From contig NMRA01000400.1 in the NCBI GenBank assembly GCA_002633005.1, positions 62,001 to 126,000 on the forward strand: DNA of 64,000 nt, given 5' to 3'. The notes below the pieces were generated by a model. The model did no database searches, was not told where the DNA came from, and worked only from the letters and a program-made list of their open reading frames with translations. Position numbers and translations under genes: made by a program. This document shows positions 52,341 to 64,000 of the stretch, in pieces (the stretch's first letter is position 1; each line of letters begins with the position of its first letter). The stretch is from Phoronis australis (taxonomy: Eukaryota; Animalia; Phoronida).

Positions 52341-52767
52341 GCAGATGACAGCAAAAGAAAGTATTTCGATTATTCCATGTTTTAGCAGTGGCATCAAGTG
52401 ACTCGTCCGAAGACAGAGGGACGCTGTTTAGACTGGTAAAATAGGACATTGTTTATAACCGTGTGGCTGATAGGCCTACTCCCCGGCCACCACTGAAATT
52501 GTCTGGCATGACCAATTTTGATACAGTGGATTACGTAGTAGGTATCGAAGGCAGTTTGAAGTGGTTACTAAAAAAAGTTGATCTAGCTCAATTTTTAGTG
52601 TCATTCTTTGGGTCCCCTGACCACACCCACCAGAGCGAACCTGCCGCGTAGAGGGCCATTTCCAAACATGATCGAGGATACCCATAGACCACTGTGGTAC
52701 CAAAGAAAATTGGTTACCTTTTCATGCCCAAAAAAGCTCTGAGATCCCGGTCTATTTAATAATATGT

Positions 52768-53231
52768 TTTCCGTATTCACCTCCCGTACTACTTCAACAG
52801 TGACCTCTGACATGAAAAGTTCAAGAGGTAGGTCAATGTCGACTCGACGTCGTTAGCCGGTTCTATTACTTTCCGAAATAGTTTAAAGTAATGCAATTGC
52901 AGCAGTATAAATAATACTCAACATGCAATCAGGTCCCAACCGTAACATCTGGAACAGGACTACTAATTATATGACAGTTGCAGATCTGACCTTTACAGTT
53001 TCAATTGCAACAACGCAGGCGCCGATTCCTTGGTAACTAAAGTATCAAATATTGTTGTTATTCAACTATTTTCAGGAAATGTTACAAGTTCAATGAACAA
53101 TTACCGTTGTTTTCATCTTTTGTTATCTCTTTTCAAGTAATAAATCGTTACAATTAAAACTGTTTCTTTTACTAGAGAAAACTTGAAACCTAACGCGCAA
53201 GTACATACATATATAGGATGTGATCCGCCAC

Positions 53232-53294
<63 letters not shown>

Positions 53295-53490
53295 CGTAGT
53301 GAACAGTGTGAATGAAGTATTACAAAAATCTGCCGAAAAAATGAAAGAAAATTGGGAATTCGAAGCGTATGGGATAAATACAAAACGTACCTCGATTGGC
53401 GTAGATGAAGTAATATCCCTGACTCGACAGTATTCCCGGCCGATAATGTCTCGTGGGATATTACTTCATCTACGACGCCACTCTCGGTAC
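52768..53490. repeat. Dispersed repeat (family B), second copy
   Basis: Colinear with 34931-35555; carries an extra (GTA)n tract. Confidence 0.85.
53232..53294. repeat. (GTA)21 microsatellite
   Basis: Perfect trinucleotide run of 63 nt. Confidence 0.98.
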
Positions 53491-54224
53491 GTTTGCAGTG
53501 ACGTACTTGCCAGCCATGCCGAGAGGCAGCAGCACTCACAGACAAGGATCCGTCTAGTGATGTGCTTGCCATCAGAGACGATCTCACTACTGTACATAGT
53601 CGTACAATCTGCATAATTACACAAGTATACAAATGCATAAATTACAAACTGTAATACCATGTGGTTTGCATTTTTCCTTGCAGTTCGTTCCTTTGGTTTC
53701 GCTCTGAAATTCCGATAAATGCATTTTTACACAAAATGTGGTTCTACTTGTATACATGTAAACTTCTCTTGGTTGCTCAACATCAACTGATCGCACATAG
53801 ACAACTCTCCGTTCCCAACACACACCCTCGACACTTGCAGCACTTCCTCAACTAGATACTGTTGTGAGTGTTGTGCCCAATGACGGCCATGACCGCTAGA
53901 GGGCGAAACAGTATAGTTACTAATGAGTACAAAAGAAATTCGATATGCCAATCCAGCTGAAGTGTGGCTTTTATGAGTTTTATAAAAGAAAAACAGAAGT
54001 AACATTAGAGTTAATGTAGATTATTTATGTGAATATTTATGTCAATTAAAATTTGGTCATGTCATATTGACATGCGTTGTTATTTTTTTACTTGTTTAAT
54101 GTGAGCACTGCCCAGAAATCGCTATCGTATTATATCCAGGCTCTCATTCACTCCCATGCACACACTCACTAGTAAAACTGAGATTAGAGGAGCAGACGAC
54201 ACATTTGTGCTATGCTCGATTGTC

Positions 54225-54298
54225 TGCCAGTAAAGCCAGGATTCGAACCCGGGTCTTCGAAACACGAGCCTGGACCTCAAACCACTGAGCCGCACTGA
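54225..54298 (-). mobile_element. tRNA-like SINE head or tRNA pseudogene
   Basis: GGCTCAGTGGTTGAGG (A box) and CCGGGTTCGAATCCTGG (T arm/B box); the acceptor stem does not pair. Confidence 0.55.
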
Positions 54299-57200
54299 AT
54301 TCTTATTGTTAGTCGGAATGCTGTTTAGCGCCGAGTTCTTATTGCCAACAGGAGCCACCTAGAGATACGTGGCGTGGCTGCTGCAAGATAGTGTTAATGA
54401 ATCTCAATCCCTGAATCGTGGGCGGCTTTGTTTGAAGCTGCTTAAGTTAGCGTTTAATCAACGTTCTCTGGGAAAAGACAGGTACCTCGAGTAATTTTTC
54501 CGATGCATCTTTTAATGAATCCGTGGACATTTTGACGCTTCAATCTAATTATGCTCACTGTACGTCCAATCAAAAAGTAATCAAGTTATTCACTCGGAAT
54601 GATCACAGTTCATTTGCCATTATTACCTGCGACAGCTAAAGCACTGAAACGCGCACGGTTTCCTGCATGCAGAGACCATAGTGTGTCAAATTAAACGCCG
54701 TTGATTAATGAAAACGATTCTATGCCAATTCCTTCTAAAATGTTTTGCGAAATTGCAAAATGTCGTGTGTTTGCCTAAATGGGAATTAGTCTTGGAAAAA
54801 CTTATGTCTCAATTCAATGCACATGAAATTACAAATCTTCATTGAGTCAAACGTGTACATAACTATAGAATTTAGTTCAGCAAGTGTTTATATTTCCTCA
54901 AAGTAGAAATTTCGTAGAATTTGATTTTTGACTTTATACCATTCTGCTACCAATTAAGTCAAGTAATCGTGTATTTTAGGAAAATTTAGCGTAAAGGAGA
55001 CGTATATTCAATTTCTTACGATACATGTATAAGAAGTGTTCAAGATAAAATCTCAAAAAACTTCGTTACACTGTTTTCTAAATTATTATTTCGTTTTCGT
55101 TTTACGCAACTTTAAAGTCTTTCATAAAAATCATATATGCCATATTTGCATAGGCCCTCATGCAAAAGTGGAACATTTTAAAAACAATTCCTGAATCATG
55201 AGTTTTAGAGAATAGTGTATAAACCATAGTGTCGGCACATATCATGAGAATTCAATCAGCTATTTCTGAGATGACTGTTCCGAAGATGGCCAAAATTAGA
55301 TATTTTTCTAGCAAGGTAACTACATTCACGTATTAGCCTTACCAGAAGTTTCATTTTAAAAATTAGTGCATACTTTCCTTTCCAAGGATCACATGCTTCG
55401 ATATTTTTTCAATCACTGTACTGCTTGACCTTACGTTCGCAAACGAGACTTCAGGTTGTATGGGAAAATTCCAGTCACGTGACTTGGGTATTCGCCCTAA
55501 ATGTGTGAGCCATTGTCTACATAAATACCATGCAAGCGATGAAACACACGCGAATGTAGTACGCCAATCTAGTGGTACACGTACGACGACGACAAAAAGG
55601 CATGCAAATGAAGAAGCTCTTCGCCCACCTCATTGAGCACGTGAAGGCTGTCGCGTACACTAAGAAAAAGGCAGTGACAGTGTGTTCTATTTAGTTTTTG
55701 AAGCGTGGCAATTGTGGTCGTCGGCGAAATTCAGTTATGAAGTAACGCTAAGTGTGAAATGGCTTCCTTAACGCTAACCGTGAAGCCTTTTCGTACTGAA
55801 ATATTTTGTTGTTTTTACAAAATTTAACAAATCTCTTTGAAAATATATAAATCACCTGTCGCCTCAGTTTTTGTGCATTTTGATTGAATTTTCAATTTCT
55901 CTTCCTATTTTCCAATAAGCAATTAGTAAATAGCTCTTTCTGATAAGAATCGCTCGGGAATACATCCCGTGTGAAATGCGTTTATAATGGTCGATGCGAC
56001 GACAGCAACAATTTTATGTCCATTTTTACGCTTTAAATAAATTATTACTGCATTAAACAAAGAACTAATCATTTTAAAACAGCAACCAAGTGGCTTTATG
56101 GATGGTTAAACAGAAAAATGGCTTAATATAATACGATGATTATGCGACCAGAAATCACGACGCGCACGCTATTGATTTTGGAATATGAAAGAATCAAGCA
56201 TAGTGTGAGATTAACCAACGTATTTTTTCAAAACAACCCGTCAAACGAAACTTTGCTAGTTTCCAAAAGTTTTAATACTTACATAAATGACTAGACAAAA
56301 ATTACAACCAAAAATGAATAGTCTTTTCTCTTCTAAAGTGTACGTACAGTCTTAATTACCTACGTGTATGATCTATACGATAAAGGCTTTCTAGTATTTT
56401 TCAAAAAAAGAATTGCTGTGTGATTTGTATTTTTCTAGAAATAAAAGTGATCAAATCGTGTATGAAATTAATCTACACTTTGTTCACCAACAAGCGGCTG
56501 GCCAGACATCGTCACATGTAAATTATGATGCACCTGATTGATTCATCAATATATCCATTTGTCTACCATCTACATGTAGTGTACTGCATCTGATCTTTAA
56601 CTTCATGAATAAAATTTAATGTAGTCTGAACTAATGACTACTCGCCGTTTGCCTAGGAGCGATACTTTTTGTTAAAATATTCGGTGGATCACTATTCGCA
56701 TTCAAATCACATTTCAGAGGATGTATTTGCAAACAGTTCGCCATTGCTTCGTACAATTCGCTATGTTGTAAGAGTGCATTTCAACTAAGCGAGTCGTTAT
56801 GAAATTATCACTTCTTAAGAGGACCATCATTTGGTATGCGTAGAAGATAGCATATTTCCCATATCATTTATTCGTGTGATTTTTAAATTGAAATTTGCGC
56901 AACATTTAGGAATCGATTAGACATTGCACTAAGCAATTTAACAGTCCTCTAAGTCATTCCTTGAAAAAGCTTTCTATAGGCCATTGATCCCCGTGCTTTC
57001 AATCAATTACAGAAATTTCCCAGACAGGGAAGCTAAATGAAAAGGCTTTCGTCTTGTGATGAAATTATCCTTCATAGGAAATCCCTGACAATGTTAGAAA
57101 AGGCGTGCTTGAAATATATCACTTACGTCACACTCATGGAATTGCACGGTGGAATTCTGATTTTATACTTTGATTTGCCTATTAGCAGCGTCTTGGACAA

Positions 57201-60200
57201 TTTTGTTTCCGATTGACTATTCGCAGCGACGGCTCATTCATTTACGTAAATATGGTAATTAAAGGAACGTGGCCCCTTTTTATCAAACTTGAGAACGTTA
57301 GTTTAACGAGTTTCTTATCGCTCGCTGGGAAATTGTAATAAATTAACGTAAAATCACTTGACGAGGAAATATTAAAAATACAAGTAAATGTTGTTAGTAT
57401 TTGATTTATTTGCTCATCTTTTAAATTCAATTTTGATTATCTAGTAAATACGCATTTTGAAGCTTGAAGTCGTCGTTTTGTAGCAAGTGCGTGCCTGGGT
57501 GTATTCTGAATGCTTATATTTTTATGTACATTGAGGATAATTTTAATTTTAATTGTGCCTATTTGAAGTTATTACTGTGAGTTAAATGCAGTCACAAAGG
57601 AAATTGAAATTTAAATTGTTTTACACTTCAAGCATGAACAGGAATCTTGTAAGTGATGGACTGATACGGGGCGACACTTGAACATTATCGCCTTGTCGCT
57701 TCGCAACCTTAAAATGAGGGGTACCGTATGTTTCTGAAAACGTGCCAAACATAATAATAATTCCTGATGTAGTTTTAGTCTACGTTGGATTTTATTGTTG
57801 TTACTTCGGGTAAGTTTGAACTTTCACTTGAACATTACTTCGCTAAAATCAACGCTGGTAATGTACAGCGGAATAAAAGATAAAAGATTCTTGTGAGAAG
57901 TTGAATAAACATTTGGATTTTCTTTTAAAAGGCTTGAACTAATCACATAATTTCAAATGGTAACATTTCTGCATTCTTAACATAAACTTTTCGTTACATG
58001 TCCTAAATCTTGTGAAGTAAACACCATCATGAACTTACGAAGTCTCATATTTCTTCATTCTTTTTAATGCGCTTTGTTGTGAAACACAGCTCACTGGACC
58101 GTTTCTGTGATGCTGGCGATGTATTATTTTTTCAATAGGAGTCGCTGCAATGGCGACGAATCCTTTCCTGAACATCTCGTACGCTGACAACCGCGATTGG
58201 CGTTGTTTCTGTAGATTATTTCATCTATCATACATAGGCGAATACCAGGGGGGTGGTTAAGGAGGCCCAGACCTCCCCCCTTTTCTCTTGATTTTAGTGA
58301 ATTCTAGAATTTTTCAAATTGTTGACTTGTACTTCCCTCAGTTTTAAAAAATCAACGATCCGCTTCCCCCTTTTAAAAGTATCCAGGATATGACTCTGTC
58401 ATTACATCGTTTTTGTGTCGCATTATGCGGATTTTTTCAAAAAGCTCTACTTCTGGTGTTTTCATGTGGACATGAAATTATTATCATTGCTTCATGCATA
58501 CACAAGTGACTTGATGAAAAGCGTGTTCACGGAATCTCCAGTGCACTTTCGACCATTGAACATGAACAGGGAGATCTTGAAATGAGCTGTTACATTTTGA
58601 GTGGCCACAAAACTTCCCCTTGTCACGATAACAATCGGGTCCGACTGTCGGGAGAACGCCAGCGAAAGGAACCGAGCAGTCCAATATTGAAAGGTTTGTT
58701 CAATCGGCTACAAACTCGTGTTCCACCAAAGAAATTAATTTTCAATTTGGCCTCATAAAAGTGTGCTCAACGATTTCCTTACTTTTTAGTTGACGAGAAG
58801 TGATGTTTAATCTTGCAAAGTACTTGGCTGTTCGTTATTGCCCGAAATTTTGCTCGATGAACAAAGTGATACCTCGTGGTAAGTCAGTTTATTAAGCCTC
58901 TTAAGCAATGACGAATCATCTTTAAAAGTCCAGAAATAACAATTACTTTGGCTAAAAAACAATTGAGACCAATTTTGTAACGGAAGGCGGGCTTATAGAG
59001 GACAGAAGCCCCTCCAAAAATGTGGCGTTTTTTTTCTTGTCAATTCTCTGAATAGTCTGTTTAAAAGAGGTGAATCCTTTGCCGTAAAGGTATGCAAAGG
59101 TTTGATGCACTTAAGGTCAATGAGTAGTTCATTGGTTTATAATTTGCTTCTAAGAGTAACGCGGAAATGTGTCTTTAAAGCTTACTGGGTACATTTAACT
59201 GCGCATGTGTGTAGAAATGGTTGAATTGAGGAGTAAATGATTCGTGGTGAACTCTGGGGTGTGTTCCGTAAACACACTGTTACATTACCTTGCGCTTGTG
59301 GCGAAAAATCTAGTTCGTTTGTCGAACGGAAACAGGAAATTATATCCCATGATTACAAATACAAACCAGTCACTTCAGTGGCCGGAATTTTACTAGGACA
59401 TAGGCTACTAAGCACCTGCAAGTATACTTGCGAAGCACTTGACTTTCACGCGCGTTATTTTACGACACCTTGCTTTTCTCGCAAGATATACATATATGGA
59501 TATTCTCAACTTTACACCAAGTTTAATTATTAAGAAATTTAAAAGTCTTCCTGCAGACGTGCTGTATATCTATAATGAAAAGTGAGTGCAAATTTCATAC
59601 GGGCCTGTGCCTTTTACAAATCATGGAAAATTAAACTTTTGTGCATATGATTCGTGTATTTACATACCTACATACTTTCTTTGCAAATCCTTGACCAAAC
59701 GATACAAACGATAATACGGTAACAGCCAGCTCCCAGCCCCCGTTGTCCCACCACAAATTCCAAAGGTCGTGTTCCTCTTCCGTCGACTTGAAGCGGCATT
59801 ACGCCCTGTTTAATCGGCTAAAACGAAAATCGAGTTAGACCTTCTGTTCTCATAGCATCAGTGACGCGATTTTAGAATTGGGTAACCCCAATAAAGTCTG
59901 AAGCAGTTTCTTGAGTCGCTGATTAGATGGTTTCCACATTTTGTTGTTGGTGACGGAAGTAGAATCATACCATGGTAAGGGATATCATGAGAACGAGAGT
60001 AAAAACGGCAGAATGCAGCTTTGATATTTTGCGATGATTTATGAGCAATAATTATTGGTCTTCATACAAGCTCTATTTTGGTCACATCCCGTATCCTGGA
60101 CGGCTATCGGAAAGTTCCGGGCTCGAGCCGGAACCCGGGTCGGGACAGAGATATTTTCAGATTTAACTATAGGTGACGTGACGTGACGAACAAACGGCAT

Positions 60201-63200
60201 GCATGAAAGACTATTAATTTTTACTTATACCATGTCAACGCGTTGTTGATAACAGCACTCCCGGCATATTTTGCGATGAATGTCGATGCACGATTTTACA
60301 CTATTAAAATGGTGTACAGTTGAGTTGATTTCTGATATAAAAATCTTCGGAGTCACTATTATTCTACTGTGCCTGAGGAGTGCATAAGACTACCATCACG
60401 TATCTGTCTAAATCGCTCACGTAATAACTCGAAACTTTGGTGTGATTCCAAAGAATTTCGGTAGCTCGTTTGATGCGAATTACCTAGACTAAGATGGACA
60501 CTTTAATTTGAAACACAATCACGTTACTGTCAGGTACACGGCTGTCAACGATCAAGTACTGGTGAGGAGTGCGCTCGGTAGAAGGCTTGAGCATTGTTAT
60601 TAAGATGTAGAATAGCTACTTGTATGAGTGGATTCTGTGCACTGGTTAAGAGCTCCCGAGTTGTCATTCATCCCTTAAGCTATTCAGAGCCGTGAATTGT
60701 TGTTTTAAACAGCCTCTCCGCATTTGTGGCATCGTTGTTCAGCGCATTCGATTACGTCCGCTTGACATCCTGAGCCGAAGAGAGTTCTTAATGTCTGCTA
60801 CGTGCAGTTGATGCTAGGGATACGGAACGGTTTTCCAGAGGTTCAGAACAACTGCATGTCTGACATCAACTCAAACATTAATTTTCATGGAGCATAAAAG
60901 TAGTATGATCGACGAGTGTCGTTATAAAATGTATAAAAAATGCTGTTTCCTTTAATTTCACCATTTTAGAACACAGGATGGGTTTCGTCAGTCGAAAGAT
61001 TTTAATAACATATAGACATTTTGCAACTTTCAGCCTTGTTTGTGCTTGCCTTATTTCACCATTAGTTTTTTTAAAGCGGGCGTGATTTCCACTGAGACCT
61101 CATTACACATGGCAATAATTGAGTGAGTACCCATAATGCATCAGTTACCTGTCACTCAATACGGCGGCCATTTTAGGTGGTGGAGTGCACCACCAAAAAA
61201 ATGAACCGAAAAATTCATATTAAATTCAGTTAAGTTAGAAAACATTTGAAGTTGTGTTGAATTTGCATTACTTGGTCTTAAGTTTCGACTAAAATAGTTT
61301 GCCTTTAAATTGTGTTTCATAAAGGTTTTAACGTATGGGTATCTTTAAAAGCATAGCATTTTGAGCACTACTCTTTTTCCATTTTTCAGTTTTACTAGGT
61401 TGCAATCTTCGGAAACTCCTTATAACATCTTTTACTCAATTGCATGGATTTTTAATGTGGGAAAAGGGAATTACAAAAAATGTTTTGGGATACTTCAAAC
61501 ACGTCATGTAGTATTCAAGACAAACAGAAATGAAAATAAAAGGGGAATTTTGAACTGTGAATTTGGAATACTGAAAAAACTAATCAATATGCAACTGCAT
61601 ATACTCTGGGCGGAAAATAGGAAATAAGCATATGTGTCAAAATTGTGCTGGATTTTAATATTAAAAGGACATTGTCGGTTTCACGACTGAACACGCACTT
61701 GGGAACAGTTGTTGAATGTGATAGACTTATGGAAGTTATTAGCTTTGACCAGAGCTGTAGAAAAACAAAATCTGTAAAGTTTTTGTGATTATATTACATA
61801 CAACTCGCAACTTTTCGCCGTTTTTTTGCCAGGCTTTAGTTGAAATCAAGACCGATGGATTTACTATTTAAATCCGCAATCGCCCTGCTATTTTACGAGT
61901 GGAATTTGGTGCTCCACAGCGTTCACCAGTCTTTCTGCTGCAGAGTTTTTGTGCTTGATTCCGCGCTATTACTTTTTCTTTAAGAAATCACTCTTCAGTA
62001 AATTATGTTTTAAACAAATTCATTACGAAAAAGGTAATGTACAAAAATTGGAGTAAAGGGATTGAATGTCAGCATATAATTACGTGTCTTCTATAGAGAA
62101 AATGAAGAACTTGTTTTAATTTTGGAAAAAATCAATTCGAGATCAAAAATTTGTAGTTTTGATTTTGATAAAGTCTGCTCAAAAGAAAAGGGATACCATG
62201 TACCCGAGCGCAGATTTCAGTTCATTTTAGAATTTAAAATAAATCAAAATTTCATGAGTCTCAATTAGGATTTATTTTCCACCGTGAACCCAGTTAATAG
62301 TTTTGCGCAGAATTCGGCAGCCGTTTTACTACAGTTTTACGCGAAATGACCTTGATAATCCGTCTCTCGGTTGCAGTCTGACTTGGGTTTGTATTCTTGA
62401 TTAAGTTCTCCGTTTCAGTCTCAGTGGATGCCACTCGTCAGCCGACATGAATCTCAGGTGTTTGTAGCTGCGGGGAAGGCAACGGGACAATGCTCCTTCC
62501 TTCTAGTTCATGCTCACTCGACTGAAAGCGAGTGCGTCAACATGCCACTTGGTGATTTTTTAAACACGGGTTACGCACAAAGTAAACACCGAAACGTTTC
62601 ACGAAACGACCCGGGGTAGCATTTCGAAGCCTTTTGTCAAGGGTCGCTACAGGCGACGGGTAATCCTGAACCATAATCAGACGTGCCAACTTGCTATACC
62701 TTTTAATAAACACGGGGTACTTGAAAATAAGAAGCACCTTTTGTCAGCGAGAGGGATTAGACTTTGACAGAAATTTGAGTTTGTATTTTCCGTTCCCGCG
62801 CAAGGAGAGTGTTTGATCAAATAATTGAGAGTGTCGTTTTCGTTGTCAGCAGCCCGTTGTTCACACTGGTAGACATTACTTGACATTTTTAAAATATTTG
62901 TTTGTAGTCTTATGGCGAAATATGGGTTGACATATGTGTAACGCATCCGGCCTGAAGGTAACAAAAAACTACGGGACATCGCTCTTCAAATACAAAGTTG
63001 GTGACAATGACGTTTTAAGATTTAATGAAATTACAAAAATATGCTCAACGAAAATACATCTAAAAGAGACATTTGAAGTTTCTGGAAACTAAACTTTTCT
63101 GATGTTTGATTCTTCATCGACGTCAAAATATAGCATCACCGATATTCACATTTTACTGAATTTCTCAGCTGGAAAGATTGACATTTTGATGACCGAGTCT

Positions 63201-64000
63201 TAGAAATAATAAGAAGGGTACACGAATCAACATGTCACTTTTATTCGATGACGAGAGTTCACGATCTAAAAAATGACAATGATTACTGTGACGACGAAAA
63301 AACATTATCGGTCAGAACAATCTTTTGTCTGAGACCGCCTCACTAAACTATCACGTCACAGTCAAGCGCTCTAGCGACTGGAATAAATCCAACTGGTACA
63401 GGACAGAATATTTCAAGCGTACATGAAACAAATAACTTGCCTTGATCTCAACAAATGTCTCGCAGACAACGACGAGAATTGTAGATTTTCAACAGCGTCA
63501 CAAAACCACAGCGATTTTAATTTTGTAGCCATGGTCAAAGCGAAAAAATTCAAAAGTCTATCCCATTCAAAAATAATTCCAAAATTACGTTTTTCGGCAG
63601 CAAAAACGATAAGGCTCCTACAACATTTCTGAACTGTATTGTGTGTAAGAATGGAGAAAATAAGTGTCTCTCGAACTTTCTAACGGGTTTCTTTATTACT
63701 CACCTTTCCAGAGGTTGTAAATATTTTTAATTTTCATATTGTTTCTACTTATCGTCATCAGTTTGCATTGAAATTTTCCCCATTCCTGTAGTAATAAGTG
63801 ATCTGTTTTCGCCCACTCCTTTCCAACTCTGGAAGCAGACGCTTGGAGCGCTCTCATTCGCAACACTCGGAACTTTTTCCGAGCATAAAGATGATCATAC
63901 ACATAGTTAATGCTGATTCAAAAGACAAGTGAGATAGATAATGCATCCAATGTAACCTCTCCTTCTATTTGACACTCGAAACAAAATAAGTTGGATATGA

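Noticed and set aside
53123-53638. 171-aa ORF with poly-Thr
   Set aside because: The poly-Thr is the (GTA)21 microsatellite inside a dispersed repeat.
54225-54298. Functional tRNA genes here, at 29326-29400 and at ~14335-14392
   Set aside because: A/B boxes are present but acceptor and anticodon stems do not pair; these fit SINE heads or pseudogenes better.
58484-58684. Cys/His-rich 66-aa ORF
   Set aside because: It has a non-ATG start, no zinc-finger spacing I recognise, and no supporting exons.

Overview
AT-rich, intron-rich animal genomic DNA, probably from an invertebrate bilaterian (the repeat types look lophotrochozoan; the taxon is inferred, not shown). Five spliced protein-coding units could be rebuilt exon by exon with matching GT-AG phases: (1) a CYP2-clan cytochrome P450 on the minus strand (10452 to <1, 3' end outside the window); (2) XPC/Rad4 on the plus strand (15463-31182), with two exons repeated after a single-N gap, probably a haplotig overlap; (3, 4) UQCC5/SMIM4 and UQCC6/Brawnin on the minus strand, only 92 nt apart inside what looks like one shared exon, suggesting a bicistronic complex III assembly-factor transcript (the supplied ORF track misses Brawnin's conserved first exon); (5) thymine-DNA glycosylase TDG on the plus strand (40888-49139), head-to-head with the bicistron. 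Introns and intergenic DNA hold a satellite-bearing Helentron-like element with a phased array of CTCF-like motifs and a nested TA-flanked TIR element, several fold-back/MITE elements, tRNA-derived SINE-like repeats, a decayed XPC exon duplicate and a transposase fossil. No gene was recognised in 54-64 kb. All family calls come from motif recall; no database search was run.
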